NCBI RefSeq assembly: GCF_018977255.1
Contig: NW_024704743.1
Span: forward strand, 2,358,001 to 2,422,000
Source: Callorhinchus milii
Taxonomy: Eukaryota
Reading direction: 5' to 3'
Length of the DNA: 64,000 bases
The notes under the pieces were generated by a model that was given only the letters and a program-made list of their open reading frames with translations, had not been told where the DNA came from and made no database searches. The position numbers and the translations under genes are program-made. Below are positions 10,461-24,532 of this stretch, piece by piece. Every line of letters begins with the position of its first letter. Within the stretch, counting starts at the first letter, position 1.

Positions 10461-13249
10461 CCTCTGGGTTTGTTTTAGTATCTTTCAAAGGAGTTATCAC
10501 ATTTCTGGGGTGCAATTCAACTTTGTCGCTGAGTATTAAAACCGCCGCTTAAGGCGAAATCGTCAGGTGAATCAGAAGCAACCAAGAAAGACAAGCACTT
10601 TCTCTGAGTCGACGTGTGACTCGAGGATGAATTATTTTGATAGACTCCTCAGCAAAGGCTCTTCGGATAATCGAGAAGTTCAGCTTCTGCATTCGCAACT
10701 TCGACGCTCGTGTTAAAGCAATTCTTGTGGCCGTTCCTGGATGTTTAGCACGCATCAATCAGCAGACACCCCCCCCCGTCAGAGGCAGCATCTTCTCAGC
10801 CTCAAATTGATTTTTCCTGCCTATTGAGCGATATTAAAACGATCACTGAATAGATTTGTGGGACGTTGCTGGGCTGAAATTGGCTGCTGCGGTCACCTAG
10901 AAATACACAGCCACTACACTTCACAGTAAATCCTGTGATGTGTTTGTGAGACATTTCGACAATATGATAAGGCACTAGATATCAAATGGAAGGATTATTA
11001 TATTATTATATTATAAAATCACAGTCTTGGGAGGGTGGGTTACTACATTCGTAGCTACCTTGTAAAATGTCGGCTTACATGGGTAATCACTGGGTCACTT
11101 TGTTGTAATAATAATAATTCAATAATAATAATATAAATAATAATAACTTTGTTGAATATTTCCCTCGGTCTTTCTACCTGAAGATAGAGAAGTAACGCGG
11201 GGAATAGTCTGAATGTCAACATTTTTTTTTAAAAAAAGTCTTGTAATCCATCAAGATTAATAATATGCACTTGTTTTATGTCAAAACATGTCACCAGGAT
11301 GATAACTTGCATTTGCTTGGAGAACAACAGTGCGAGAAAAATGTCCGAATTGGGATTTTTTTTTTTTAAATGTTATTTATTCTGAAAAATCTCCTCCTGG
11401 CGGAAGAGGTAAGCAGAACTGAACCAGCTCCGAGCTGACAGGTTTGGCAACGAAATGTCACAATCGAATCTCGCTAGTCCAGTTCCTGAGCCGGGCAGGT
11501 TTGGAGTACTCTCGGGCACTGCTGATGTGAAGTGTAGTGACCGTACATTGTGCGGGCGACGCGCGGCAGCCAATAGCACACAGCAGCGTCCCCGCAAACA
11601 GTCGTGGATTGAGTCGCCAAATTATTTATTTATTTATTTCCGAAGGGATTAAACGGAGGCGCGTGTGTGTGTGTGTGTGAGGAAACTTGCCCAACATTTC
11701 ACTCTGCCCGGGAATCAAACCCAGGTCTCTAACGAGCGCTCTAACCACTGAGCTACAGAGCCTCCACCATATCCATTAACGAAGTTCAAATTGCACCTCC
11801 TTACAGGCTGCCTCCTATTCGTCTCGAATGGGTTACAAAAGGCCTTAAAAAGAGATTGCTATTACAACGCCCTTGTCTGTGTCTGTAACTGACACACGTG
11901 TAAAAGCCATAATGTTTCACCTGCACCTGGACTGAAAATAAGTCTGAATTTCAAAGAATTCCGCCTTGAGGGGTCTTTATAATAACCATTTTTCCATTTT
12001 ATCGTATACTTACACTAATGAGCAAACCATTATCACGTTGCAGGTGATTTTCAAATTCAAACAGGATTTTTTTTTCACCCATAATACACTCTACTTATAT
12101 TTTCTGGTCATTAAAAAGGTAAAGATTGCTAGTTGTCAGGACCGGGGCACAGAACATCTTTCACACAATGCAAGCACCCTGTAAATTTGAGGTTCAGGGT
12201 TATGTTTCTTAACCCAACGCCCCAAATTCCACCTCGTGGAGCCCTGTAGCTCAGTGGTTAGAGCACTTGCCGCGCAAGCGAGAGGACCTGGGTTTGTATC
12301 CTGTGAAGCGCTTTGAGACGCCTCAAAGACGTGATAAGGCGCTGTATCCAATGCAAGGATAAGTATTATTATTATTGTAGTTGTAGCCTATCAGACTAAT
12401 TTGCCCTTTAATTTGTGTGGAACTATGGAAAACTCTTCAATTCAGTTTTGATTGTAAGGCCGATTTTCCTCAGTTTCTAAAAGGAATCGAGTTCTAAACG
12501 AAGACGGAATTGACAAATTTTCCGCAGATTTGGACAATATTACATTTTTAAGACAAAACGGTCTTCCAAGGCTCAGAAACATAATCCTGCGGGGAGGACG
12601 CGATATAAATGCAAATTGTAATAATAATAATAATACTTGCATTTGATATAGCACCTTAGCACATCTTAGAGACAGAGGAAAGAGAGTGTGAGCCAAACAC
12701 GGTGGTGAGTGACTTCACACTCTAACTGAAATTGCTTTGGGAAATGTTGATATACAATAGAAATCGAGCGCAATAGGGTATCGAAAGAGCCACAATTTTA
12801 GATCACTGATTTAACCAATTATTCAACAGACTTCACCAGCAGCATAACAAAGTTAAACTTCAACATATTCGTCATCTCTCATGTAAACAGCCTGATGACA
12901 GAGGTGCTGGAGGGAACCCAAAAGGGACCAAATACTTTGATGAATATTTCACGTGTAAATGGCAGATGCATGTATTTGAACAAATAATATTGACGTTGAT
13001 GTCCAGTTATGATCAGACAACTGCCAAAGGTGCCAACAAGTGAAAACTGCCCTTTGGTGTCTCAGCCGTGCGCAATCGGCTGCCGTGTTTCGCCGACAAC
13101 ATTTACAATCAATTCACTTGACAGTGTATCCCGTGAAGCGCTTTGAGACGTCCCGAAGACGCGATGAGGCGCTGTGTCAAATGCCGGGATTATTGACACA
13201 ACAGGAATGAATTTATTTGACCTCATTCTTGCACAGACCCCAGCCTTCC

Positions 13250-13540
13250 CCAGGTCCTCCTGCTCGGCTCACCCCACCATCTGACCTTCAGCCTCTCTGC
13301 TCCCGCCTTTTGGAACTCCATCTCACAGTCCCTCCCTCTCCTTCAAGATCCGTCTCAAGACCCTCCTCTTCGACCAAACGTGCCTTCGGTCACGCTCCCT
13401 ACCCTCCACCCTCCCCGCCCTCCACCCCTCCTGATCCCAACCCCCAGATCGGGTCCAAATCCCTGATTGTCCAGCGCCTTGGGACGCCCTCCTGACGTGA
13501 AAGGTTTGGGTAAATGTCATTTGTTGTTGTTGTTGTTGTT
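13250..13540 (+). mobile_element. L2 LINE 3' fragment; further copies at ~14620-14790(-), 15720-15960(-), 32090-32240(-), 44050-44160(+), 49390-49470(+), 52120-52300(+), 54730-54870(-)
   Basis: Shared GGAACTCCATC(C/T)CACAGTCCC...CTTCAAGA(C/T)CCGTCT...CCTCCTCTT(C/T)GACC. Confidence 0.8.
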
Positions 13541-16419
13541 GCACAGTTTGTGCTAAAAGCAGTGGTGTATTCCAATCGTTCCTGCGGTCCTGAAGGAAAT
13601 TATTATTTTAAGCAAATAAACATCCAGGCCTGTATTTGCCATGTTACCCTCGTGTCCTCCATAATCTTTAATCAAACAACATGTTTTGTTGTGGATCCTG
13701 GTACTGTAATGCCAAAATTATGCAGCAAAACAAGGATAGAGTTCCCAAAGGCAAGCGTGCCTAAATACGCCCTTGGAGTTTTCCCCGACTCCTTCCTCCA
13801 CTGAATGTAATATGTTATAAATATTCACAGGCATCATCGCAGCTCCTCAAAGCTACTTTCATACGTGAACTTGTTTCTACAAGACGCAACTGCAATTCAG
13901 ATGTAATCGAATAGGCTCTTGGGCTTTCATGTCACACCAAAAAAATGTAATTCAAGGCATCAAGGTCATTCTTCTTCCATTAAATAAATCATTCAGCAGA
14001 TGTGTCATTGCCTCATTGACCCAGATTATAAAGTATTAACCTCTGATCTAAGTAACAGTGAGGATGATTCATCCTTGTCAATTCTGAATGATACAAATAT
14101 TTTTGACCGACGTATTCTTTCTGGTTTCCTTATCAAATAACGCAAGAGCAGGAATACCTACAAGTGTATCCTGTGACAATAAAACAAACATTGGAATAAA
14201 GGCCCTAACAATCATCGCAGCACCTCAATTAGTTAAATACTGAGAATAATCAATAATGAAATACATTGTAGTAATTGGAAATCTATCGTTAATAAAGTTC
14301 TACTTCAATATCAATCAATGATCAACGTCTATGATTGGGAGAGATGTCAATGTCAATATGTCAATGGATTTCTAATACTGATATACCTCAGCCAATGTAA
14401 GCAAGTCTAGAATCTCCTCTCTCTCTCTATATATATGCCCTTTCATGAGGAATAAATGTGCTCAAATAGTTTATTACTTGGAAAATGGTATGTAAAGTGA
14501 TAATTAGATAACAACAACACAGAATGTACAGTAATGTCAATTCTCTTTACAGCGTATTCTGTGAAGCTCTTGTCTATATCAAATGCAAGGATTATTATTT
14601 TTTATTATTATAACAAAAATGACATGTGTGTGGCGTCTTCCACATCAGGAGAACGTCCCAAGGTGCCAGAGTGTCAGGGATCTGCCCCCGTGGGATCGGG
14701 AGGAGTGGAGGGTGGGGGTAGGAGGGGTGATCGAAGGAGCGGTCGAAGAGGAGGGAGGATCTCGAGACGGGTTATGCACCAGGTTGTGGTGCAGGGAAAG
14801 TGTGTCTCTAACCTATACAAAAGCAAATGAGTATCCAGATCCCGTGCCGGCAAAAGGTCAATGATTGGGTTAATCCTGTGAAATAGCTTTCAGAAAATCA
14901 CGCGGTAGAAATTTCACATAGGACTACTTTATTTACCTTATTTTCGGGGGCATTTCAAACCACACAGAGTTTGGCAAATTCTTAAACCCAGCGTAGCTGT
15001 GGAAGCTGGTTTCTTTCGAAAACTACAGAAATATAAGGCTTCAAAATTTAAGGCTGAATTAGACCATTTGGTAGATTCCGTCTGCTCTGAAATGCCAATA
15101 GGGAGAAAACGGAAAATGTTTTAGACCCGGGGGGGAGAATTTCCTACCCATGGGTTGTAAATCACACTGACGGGAAGCCAAAAGGTGATACAGTTCAAAA
15201 GAAGGGTTTTCAATGTGTTGCCAGCTACAGGAAGTGTACCATGACACCAACTATCTCAGCTCCTTGTCGGGTGGTGAAAAACAAGTAAATATGAACTCCC
15301 AATTAAGCTGTCATCGCGGTGAGGTGAGGCATTCTAACGAGGAACCCTGAATTGATGTGGACATCCAGTGACCAAGTGGCAGAATATGCTTTGAAGTCAA
15401 CTGAGCCCTTGTTGAGAGAAGTGCCTCAGTAAACGTTTACTGCCAAGTATCTCTGTCCCAGCTCTTTACTGAAACCTCTTTCCCATGGAACAATCCTTTA
15501 ATACGACAAATGCATTAAATGCATTAAAAGTAATAATAATAATAATATTTCTTGCGTTTGACACAGCGCCTGATCACGTCTTCGAAACGTCTCAAAGCGC
15601 TTCACAGGATACGCTGTAAAGTGAATTGACTGTGTATTTTGTGGGCGAAACGCGGCAGCCGATTGCGCACAGCAGCGCCCCCACAAACAGCCGTGTATCA
15701 ATAACATCAACGACAATAAATGACATGTTCACAGCGCCTTTCACATCCTGAGGAAGTTCCAAGGTGCTGGACAGTCAGGGATCTGCACCTGAGATGGTGG
15801 TTGGGATCAGGAAGGGTTAGGGTTAGGGTTAGGCGGGGAGGGTAGGGGGTGGGAGGGTGACCAAAGGCGCGGTCGAAAAGGAGGGTCTTGAGACGGGTCT
15901 TGAAGGAGGTGAGGGAAGGAGGGGGCGAGGTGGGGGACTGTGGGATGGAGTTCTAGAGGGTGTTCTAGAGGGGCTGAGAGGCTGAAGGCCTCTTGTTTTT
16001 GTTAGACTGTACTGTGTACTGTTATTAGGAGTGGACATGTATGTGCTATCATTCTTGTGAATACAGCTGTGAGCCGAGTCGGCAGCTGAGCTAACCCAGT
16101 CCATACACAGCAGCCCAGTACATTGATACGGTGGTGGAGACAGGGTCGATGTGTTTATAATAGTATGTTGGAGCTGCGAAATATCATCCACAGGAGAATA
16201 ACAAACGACTGAAAATAACAGTCACTACACCAATTTGATTTTTAGTTTGCCGGGTGTCTGACCCATTATTACTGTGTTTGAAAATACTCAAACCAGACTG
16301 GAGTTCCACATCTGTAGGCCACCTGCCCATAGTCACGCACCTCTGGATGTCTGGAATGGTATCAATGCTCTTTCCCTGGAAGGACATTCCCGACTCGAGT
16401 TTAACCAGTTAAAACAACA

Positions 16420-16832
16420 ACAACAACTTGCATGTCCACAGCCCCCTACACGCAGGATAGCGGAATCTGACCCCCAAGCCAAAGGGGGCGAGGAAGGGAA
16501 GGAGGGAGGGAGAGAGGGAGAGAGTGGGGGGAGGATTTACCGTAAACACGATCGAAAAGGAAGGTCTTTAGGTGGGATCTGAAGGTGGGAAGGGAGGGGG
16601 CGAGGCGGAGGAATTGAGGGAGAGAGCGACAGAATTTCTGGGCGTAGTGTAGTGGCTGAAGGCACGGCCACCGATGGTGGCGTGGAGGGGACGAGGGACG
16701 AACAGGAGGCCCGGGGGTGGGGTGGGAGGTCGGGTTGGAAATCAGGTCGGAGAGGCAGAGAGGGAGGGAGATGTGATGCGACGTGATTTGATTTGAAAAC
16801 GAGTGAGAGGATCTCGAAATGGAGGATCCTCA
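16420..16832 (-). mobile_element. Diverged L2-like LINE 3' fragment
   Basis: The minus-strand frame gives RILHFEILSLVFKS...-like RT C-terminal remnants and a purine-rich 3' region. Confidence 0.6.
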
Positions 16833-17128
16833 ACTGCTTACATAATAGACCACCAATTCCACTCCCCCCAACTCTGTCTGGAGAAAGATAAAAGCTCCTA
16901 CAAACAGGTGAAGGCTTCCACAATCATCACCTGCTGTTAAGAGGAGGAAAGCTAAGGAGCTTGGGGTAAACTGAACTCCCTTTAAAAAGGCACCATCGGT
17001 GCAGGTGGAAGCTTGTAACACATGTCTGCGGTGTCCATTGTCATTCTCTAACTGAATGATGTGCTTTGGTTGATGTTTCCTGCTTGTGTGCAATAGATGA
17101 TGGTGGTGGGAATCTTCATTAGATGCGC

Positions 17129-17168
<40 letters not shown>

Positions 17169-17234
17169 AAAACTCACATGCACTGGGTTTAACACCCAGC
17201 CCGCTCGAGTAAGTTAATAGATAAACGTTATATC

Positions 17235-17620
17235 ATAATAATAATAATAATAATCCTGGCATTTGATACAGCGCCTTATCACGTCTTCGAGACGTCTCAA
17301 AGAGCTTCACAGGATACACTGTAAAGTGAATCGACTGTGTATTTTGTGGGCCAAACGCGGCAGCCGATTGCGCACAGCAGCGTCCCCCACAAACAGCCGT
17401 GGTTTTTTTTTTGAAGGGATTATTACCCCCGGAAAACCGATCCGCCAATCAGCTAACAACCGGGTTCCTGCTGACTGCCGGTAAACAGAGGCGCGCGTGT
17501 GTGTGTGTGTGTGTGTGTGTGTGGAGTGAGGAAACTTGCCCAATGTCTCGCCCTGACCTGCCGGGGAATCGAACCCGGGTCCTCTCGCTCGCGAGGCGAA
17601 GGCTGTAACCCCTGAGTGAC
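17235..17620 (-). mobile_element. tRNA-Ala-derived SINE, near full length
   Basis: Reverse complement of the family consensus. Confidence 0.93.
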
Positions 17621-18361
17621 AAGTATCCTGTTTAAATATGGAGAATATGTTAAATTGTACTCCATAAAAGTGCTGGTTTACAGAACAGATATAATTGTAT
17701 AATAATTAGAGGCTAAATGACAAAGGTATAATCCAAATCAATTATATAGGCACAAAATTGTTGGGAAGGGGTTTGGTCAACGGCTTGATGGAGGTGACTT
17801 GTTCACTGTTCGCCACTGGGATCTACTGTGTATTCTTATCTTATAATTTCAATAAAAGATCCGGGAATTCAATAAGATTAACCCAAATAAGTGAACAGGA
17901 AACCATGAGAACAACTCGCGTAATTCTGTGCATTTGTACAACAATGTTCCAAGTGTTTACATTTGCTCGTGTGTTAATCCTACCGTGTGCCAGTGACTCG
18001 GAAGCAAGTTGTCTCATGCGCTATCCTGTCATAACAGACCATAAAATAAACCGAGCAGACTTTGATGAACATACCTGTGGCTCATGTAACCAAGTCAACC
18101 CCAGCATCTGAGGACGTATTGAAATGAAGCTCCTTTTTTATTACCGTAATCACACGGTAACATTACTAATATCATTAACACCATCGACTGAGACTTGATA
18201 GCAAAGCATTTATATTTAAGCACGACAACCTTCAAAGCAGTTTTCAATGCTGACATCAATGCTGACACGTAGGAAAGATCACAGAAATATATTCAGGACA
18301 ACTTCATCAGTACAAGCTTGCAAGGGATACTGACCACAGGGTCCTATTATGAAATAGCGGT

Positions 18362-18454
18362 GCAGTCTTGTAGCTCAGTGGCACTACGCCTCGCAAGTGC
18401 GAGGACCCGGGTTTGATTCCTGGTCAGGGCGAAACATTGGGCAAATTGGTTTAC

Positions 18455-18488
<34 letters not shown>

Positions 18489-18655
18489 CGCCTCTGTTTA
18501 CCAGCAGTACATAGGAACCGGTTGTTAGTCGATTGGCGGATCGCTTTTCCGGGGGAGAATTAATCACTTAAAGAAAAATTAATAATAATAATCTGGTCAC
18601 TCAGTCCACGCCTGTTCGTGGGACTCTGCTCGGTGACATGATAAGGCACTATATC
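18362..18655 (+). mobile_element. tRNA-derived SINE, internally deleted
   Basis: Head, (CA)n and body present; most of the 3' part is missing. Confidence 0.85.
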
Positions 18656-19161
18656 ATGGCATTCTGGTCTTGGTTTACACAGTCTTAAGCATGGTGAAGG
18701 GTTTCCTCATTTGTCAAACACTCAGCTGCCACCCACCTCCCCACCACCCACCCAAACCCCCCAAAAAAATTCTTTACCTGAGAAGTTCAAACGTTTCAGG
18801 TACGTGTGATGTTGTCTACTGGGCTTCCATTTTACTATGTGTAACACACAATTTTATGTTCCCGCTTCAAACCGCCATCCAAACCACACCAGTTACAAAG
18901 TCGAGTTTGTCGTATTTTCAATTTGGCTTAACAAGAGCTCACAAGATATTTTTTCTTCTCTTGAGTCGATAAAAAAAAATCTTTTTATCCAATTTGCTTC
19001 TGAGTTTTGTGAACCAGCTCTGAAATTCCACACCAGAGCGCTGGGCCAGTCTGTCTGAGAGGATCTTGTGTCAGGACTCTTTCACATACCAGATAAGGTC
19101 CCTCATGTCTGAAAGCCATGCCAGACTTACCGAGCATTCACCGGAGCAACGATAGTATTGT

Positions 19162-19500
19162 GGAGTCCTGCAGTTCAGTGGTGAGAGCACTCGCCTCGCA
19201 TGCGAGAGGACCCGGGTTTGATTCCCGGCCAGGTCAGGGCGAAATGTTGGGCAAGTTTCCTTACTCCACACACACACCTCTGTTTACCAGCAGTCAGTAG
19301 GAACCCGGTTGCTAGTCGATCGCTTTTCCGGGGTTAATAATCCCTTCAAAAAAAAATGTGGTCACTCAACCCACGGCTGTTTGTGGGGACGCTGCTGTGC
19401 GCAATTGGCTGCCTTGTTTGGCCCACAAAACACACAGTCAATTCACTTTACAGTGTATCCTGTGAAGCGCTTTGAGATGTCAAAGACAATGATTATTATT
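19162..19500 (+). mobile_element. tRNA-Ala-derived SINE, near full length
   Basis: Head GGAGTCCTGCAGTTCAGTGG through to the tail. Confidence 0.9.
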
Positions 19501-19744
19501 ACATTCTTGTGCTTATCAAACTGTATTTACTTTCCTCTGTTAATCGTTTTTAGATTATTTTATTGCCAGACAATCACAATGCAATACAGAGCCAGGGTAT
19601 AAGGTTTATTTATCCAGCCCTTTCAAAATTATTCCAATTACCTAAATACCCAAGTTACACAGTCCAGTGTCTCCATCACCCTCCCCAACCCCCACCCCAC
19701 CCACCCCCACCAAACTGTCTGCTCCCTCCGCTCAGCGGGCTCTG

Positions 19745-20070
19745 GCCAGCTTCACGTCCCCTGCCCTGCCCAGAGGGGGCAAGACGGAGGGATAGAGAAA
19801 GAGTGTTCCAGAGTTTCAGAGCGTAGTGGCTGAAATCACAGCCACCAACGTGAAACGGGGACGGGTGGGCACGAGTGACGTGCAGGAAGCTGGAAGCAGT
19901 TGAGCGGAGGCAGCGGGTTGTGGGTTGGGAGGGTAAGCAGGTCGGAGAGGTAGGGAGGCGCCAGGGCATGAAGGGATTTGGAACCGAGCGTGTGAGGATC
20001 CTGAACGCGATCCGTTCGACGATAGGGGGCCAGTGCAGCCTGGCTGGGACTGGGGTGATGGAGTTTAGTT
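19745..20070 (-). mobile_element. L2-like LINE ORF2 3' fragment
   Basis: Minus-strand remnants KSLHALAPPYLSDLL and GGCDFSHYALKLWNTL are typical of the L2 RT C-terminus. Confidence 0.75.
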
Positions 20071-21361
20071 CTGGTGGGTTTGCGCCCGTTCCGAATCAAA
20101 ACCCGAAAGCCTCACGAAATGGAAAGATCTGGTACTTCATCTGAGCTCTAATATCCTTAATTAAATTAAATTAAATAACTTGATTGATGGCAACACCCAA
20201 CCCCTGCGTCGATCGGAGAAAAACTATAAGCACACAAATCAGACTTCCACAGGCTAATACAATTTTTAATCATAAAAGAGCCGGCAAAATCCCAAGTGTT
20301 AAAGGCAGTGAAAGCGCCAGGAAATTCTCAGCCGATCTATCAATGTGAGTGTAAAGGGGTTGATGCGCAGCTGCCACATTTTAGAGAGAGGCAATTCAGT
20401 TTGACGGAAGGATTTACAGTGTTTCCCATTGGTTTCCATAGTGTTCCCTTCGGCAGCGAATCTCTGTTCGAAACGAGACTCACTTAAGAATAGAATATTG
20501 GGGTAAAGTAAAGCCTTTGGCGTTCCGTAACAATGCTAAATTTGCCCCCTTTTTCCAATCAACGTTTTGCCCACAAAATATACAGTCACTTTACAGAGTA
20601 CTGTCTGCACAACATAGCGATTATCTTAAAAAAAGTCAACCCACGGCTGATTGCGGGGACGCCGCTGTGTGCAATTGGCTGCCGCGTTTCGCTCACAAAA
20701 TACAGTCACTACACTTTACAGTATAATCTGTGAAGCGCTTTGAGACCTGTCGAAGACCTGATCAGGCGCTGTATCAAATGCCAGGATTATTATTATATAT
20801 TTACTATCTTTTTGTTGCATTCATCAACATTTTAATTATTGACACCAGTGATAATTAACCCCTCACATATGGCAACCTTCACCTCTGGGATTCTATGAGA
20901 TGCGAAGCGTTCTTTATTCTTATTTCACCATTTATGCCTCAGCAGCTCTCTCCTCCAAATGTTGCCCTCTCCTCTTCTGTGAGGCTTCAATTCCTTTATG
21001 GCTTTTCGGCTTGTGGCAGCAGCCATTCCCAACGCCCTGAAAATGGCCGGAATTCTCGACCATAGGGCCCTTACAAAGTGATCTGATTCGGGTCAGGGAC
21101 AGCTTCTAGTTTACAGTTTTGTTGGCCTCTCATTCTACTGAAGCTTATTTCCTGTTAATCTGCTGCTAAAAGTAGTCCACCTTGTCCCTGTTATATGATA
21201 CCTCACACTTAATGAGAATAATGTGCCAATTATCCTTACAGGCCATTCACCTCCGTAGCATCAGCCATGATCAGCACATCAGACACCTGAGATCTTAAAG
21301 TATTGCCCTGTATTTATTTGCTCAATCCCCTTCAGCAACTTTTTATCTATCGGTTTCCGAT

Positions 21362-21662
21362 CTAGATTCGATTCCTGGGCAGGGAGAAATCGTAGGCAAG
21401 TTTCCTCACTCCACACACACACACACACCTCTGTTTACTTAGTAAGTAGGAACCCGGTTGTTAGTCGATTGGCGGATCACTTTTCCACGGGTAATAATCC
21501 CTTCAAAAAATAATAATAATAATTCGATCCCTTCAATCCACGGCTGTTTGTGGGGACGCTGCTGTGCGTAATTGGCGGCCGCGTTTCGCCCACAAGACAC
21601 ACAGTCAATTCACTTTACAGTATATCCTGTGAAGCGCTTGGAGACGTCTCGATTATTATTAT
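21362..21662 (+). mobile_element. tRNA-derived SINE, 5'-truncated
   Basis: B-box remnant, (CA)n, body and tail. Confidence 0.87.
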
Positions 21663-22542
21663 AACTTATCCGACTCATGGTGAAACATCACACCTGAGCT
21701 GTCGGACTCGGGAATTAAGGGGCTGTGGATTGTCCCTGAGATTGTGCCTGGCATCTGTAAGAGAGGAGAAATGTCATCCTCCCAGTTCAAGGTCTCCCAA
21801 CTGCTGATGTAGGAAAGAAGCAAAAAAAACCCACAATAATCAAGGCTGAAAGGACAGTGGGAATGAGGTTGGTGACTGTTTGAAAACAATTGGATCAAAT
21901 TGAAAGACAGGCTTGACAGCTAAAAGGCCAATCAATAAACCGGATTGATCGGTTGAACCTGCCAATTCTCCGAAGCGTTGTCAACTGACAGAACGTTTTT
22001 TTTCTCCAGTGAGTTGTGACGCTGATGATATGGAGTATTTTAATCAACACTGTTTTAAAAACAGCAAACGTATTGAATTTGTTTACACCACAAGTTACCA
22101 TTGCGTATTAAAGAAACAAACTACAATATTTATAGTATATAGTATAGTAAATATAATGAACGTTAAGATTTCAGAACCTTTGCAATGGACATTACACTGA
22201 TGTGCCTTTATTCATTATAAAAGTGCGGTGTATTTAATAGGCTTTTCTCCAAATAAAACTCGTAATATTTTACAGCAATTGAATAATCCATTATGTCCTG
22301 TGCGTAGTTATATTGCTATTCTGCTGAACTTCCACTAAATGAAACATCTTGCAGCAAATATGATTGATATAATATTCTGGTATGATAGGAGGAAGGGTGT
22401 GTAAGGATGATAAATCTGACAGGTGCAACTTCTAATTTTTATTTTGGTCAGCGAGGTGTTTTATAACCTCGATGCTTAAGATCTCTTAAGACACAGTTCC
22501 ACACATGTACGCCACCTCCACATGGAAATTTCCCTGTGTTTG

Positions 22543-22811
22543 GAATAATAATAATCCTCGCATCTGATACAGCGCCTCATCACATCTTCGAGACATCTCA
22601 AAGCACTTCACAGGATATACAGTAAAGTGAATTGACTGTATATTTTATGGCCGAAACGCGGCAGCCAATTGCGCACAGCAGCGTCCCCACAAAGCCGTGG
22701 GTTGAGTGACCAAATTATTGTAATCATTTTTTTTGGAGGTATCATTATCCCGGACAAATGATCCACCAATCGACTAACAACCGGGTTCCTATTTACTGCC
22801 GGTAAACAGAG

Positions 22812-22845
<34 letters not shown>

Positions 22846-22948
22846 AGTGAGGAAACTTGCCCAATGTCTCGCCCTGACCTGCCCGGGAATCGAACCCGGT
22901 CCTCTCGCTCGCGAGGCGAGGGCTCTAACCCCTGAGCTACAGGGCTCC
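22543..22948 (-). mobile_element. tRNA-Ala-derived SINE, full length
   Basis: Reverse complement of the consensus from tail to head (…CTGAGCTACAGGGCTCC). Confidence 0.93.
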
Positions 22949-24293
22949 AACATTTGGGTTAACGCTGGAGTCTAACCCACTAAAACTGCATAGCTTGGCA
23001 TTGAAAAGACTGGCAATCTTCTCACTGCTTGTCCAACTAGGACCATTGTAGGGCTTTGGCTTTGAAGGTTCACAGGAACCCAAGTGGGAACAATCTCTGC
23101 TGCCACTGAAACAGTTTTGAAACGAACAGCAAAGGTAACCACTGAAAGAGCTTCATACGACTGTGAGATTTAGAATTGTATTATAGCTCGCGGGGAGGGT
23201 TGGGGTGGGGTAGGCGATGGGGGAAAATATACAGAAATTTTCCCAAATTCATAAGGAAATGACATTTAGGTTTTCTGCAAACTTCCCCTGCCTGCTCTGA
23301 AGGTGGCAATTGGTTGAATTACGACAATCTTTACCTGTGGCACATGATTGATCAATTTTCCTGTCAATGTGTGACCTTCAATGGTGTGAAATGAGCTATT
23401 TTAAAACGGGATCAAAGTAGTCAAGGTGTGTCGGCTTTATTCATGTAACACCAAGATACTTCCCTAAAATAATCACCCTAGAATATAATTTACAGCGGCT
23501 CTCGATTCTGTGGTGACGGAAAATTCCATTTGTGGAAATTAAAGTAAAAATGTGCCTTTCTACACAAATAGTACCTCATCCTGGGCAAACACTCGATGAC
23601 AGACATATTTATAGCCTCTTTGATTTAACACACCCCGTAGCAACTATTTCATGATGTGCCGTGATTTATGCTTTAAGGCAGAGTCTTTCACTGATTAGAC
23701 ATGCACTGTCTACAGAGGCAAAGCATTAAAGGGCATTAAAATTTCAATAGGTATGTTAACCTGAGCGGTAAGCACGATAGTGACATCTTGTGCCTGTCAA
23801 TATATGTATTAACTAAGGCCGAGCTGCTTCTCAGTCGATCTCTCCCTCCAGAGTACGGGGAATATATATCGATCAATGCACTGAGGTACTTTGATTGTAG
23901 CATCTTTGATCTTAGCTCTTAAACCACTGCTTTGCCACTTGGTTAGGCTAAATGAGGCCAATTCTCTCCTTGGGTTCCATATAAGATTGTTGATTCGCCC
24001 ACAAAATATACAGTCACTACACTTTACAGTCTATTCCGTGAAGCGCTTTGAGACGGCTCGAAGACGTGATCAGGTGCTGTATTATTATGATTATTATTAT
24101 TGTTATTAAGAGGTCGAGTGACTGTTCAGAAGGAAAGTAAAGACAACAAACCAAGCTGCCAACGCTGTCACATTAAATTAATGTCCATAGTTAGAATCCA
24201 TCTGAATATTCCCCATTGAGGATTCACCCCCACAATAGCCGTGTAATGATCTTAACTAAGCATGACACTAGTACACATATGGTTCCTGGTATT

Positions 24294-24532
24294 GGAGTCC
24301 TGTAGCTCAGCGGTTAGAGCACTCGCAAGCGCGAGGACCCGGGTTAGATTCCCGGGCAGGTCAGGGCGAAATCTCTTCAAAAAAACAAATAATAAGAAAG
24401 TTGGTCGCTCAATCCACGACTATTTGTGGGGACGCTGCTGTGTGCAATAATTGGCAGTATATGCTGTGAAGCGCTTTGAGACGTCTCGAAGACGTGATAA
24501 GGCGCTGTATCAAATGCCAGGATTGTTATTGT
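24294..24532 (+). mobile_element. tRNA-derived SINE with internal deletions
   Basis: Head GGAGTCCTGTAGCTCAGCGG and tail present; the (CA)n/body is missing. Confidence 0.87.
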
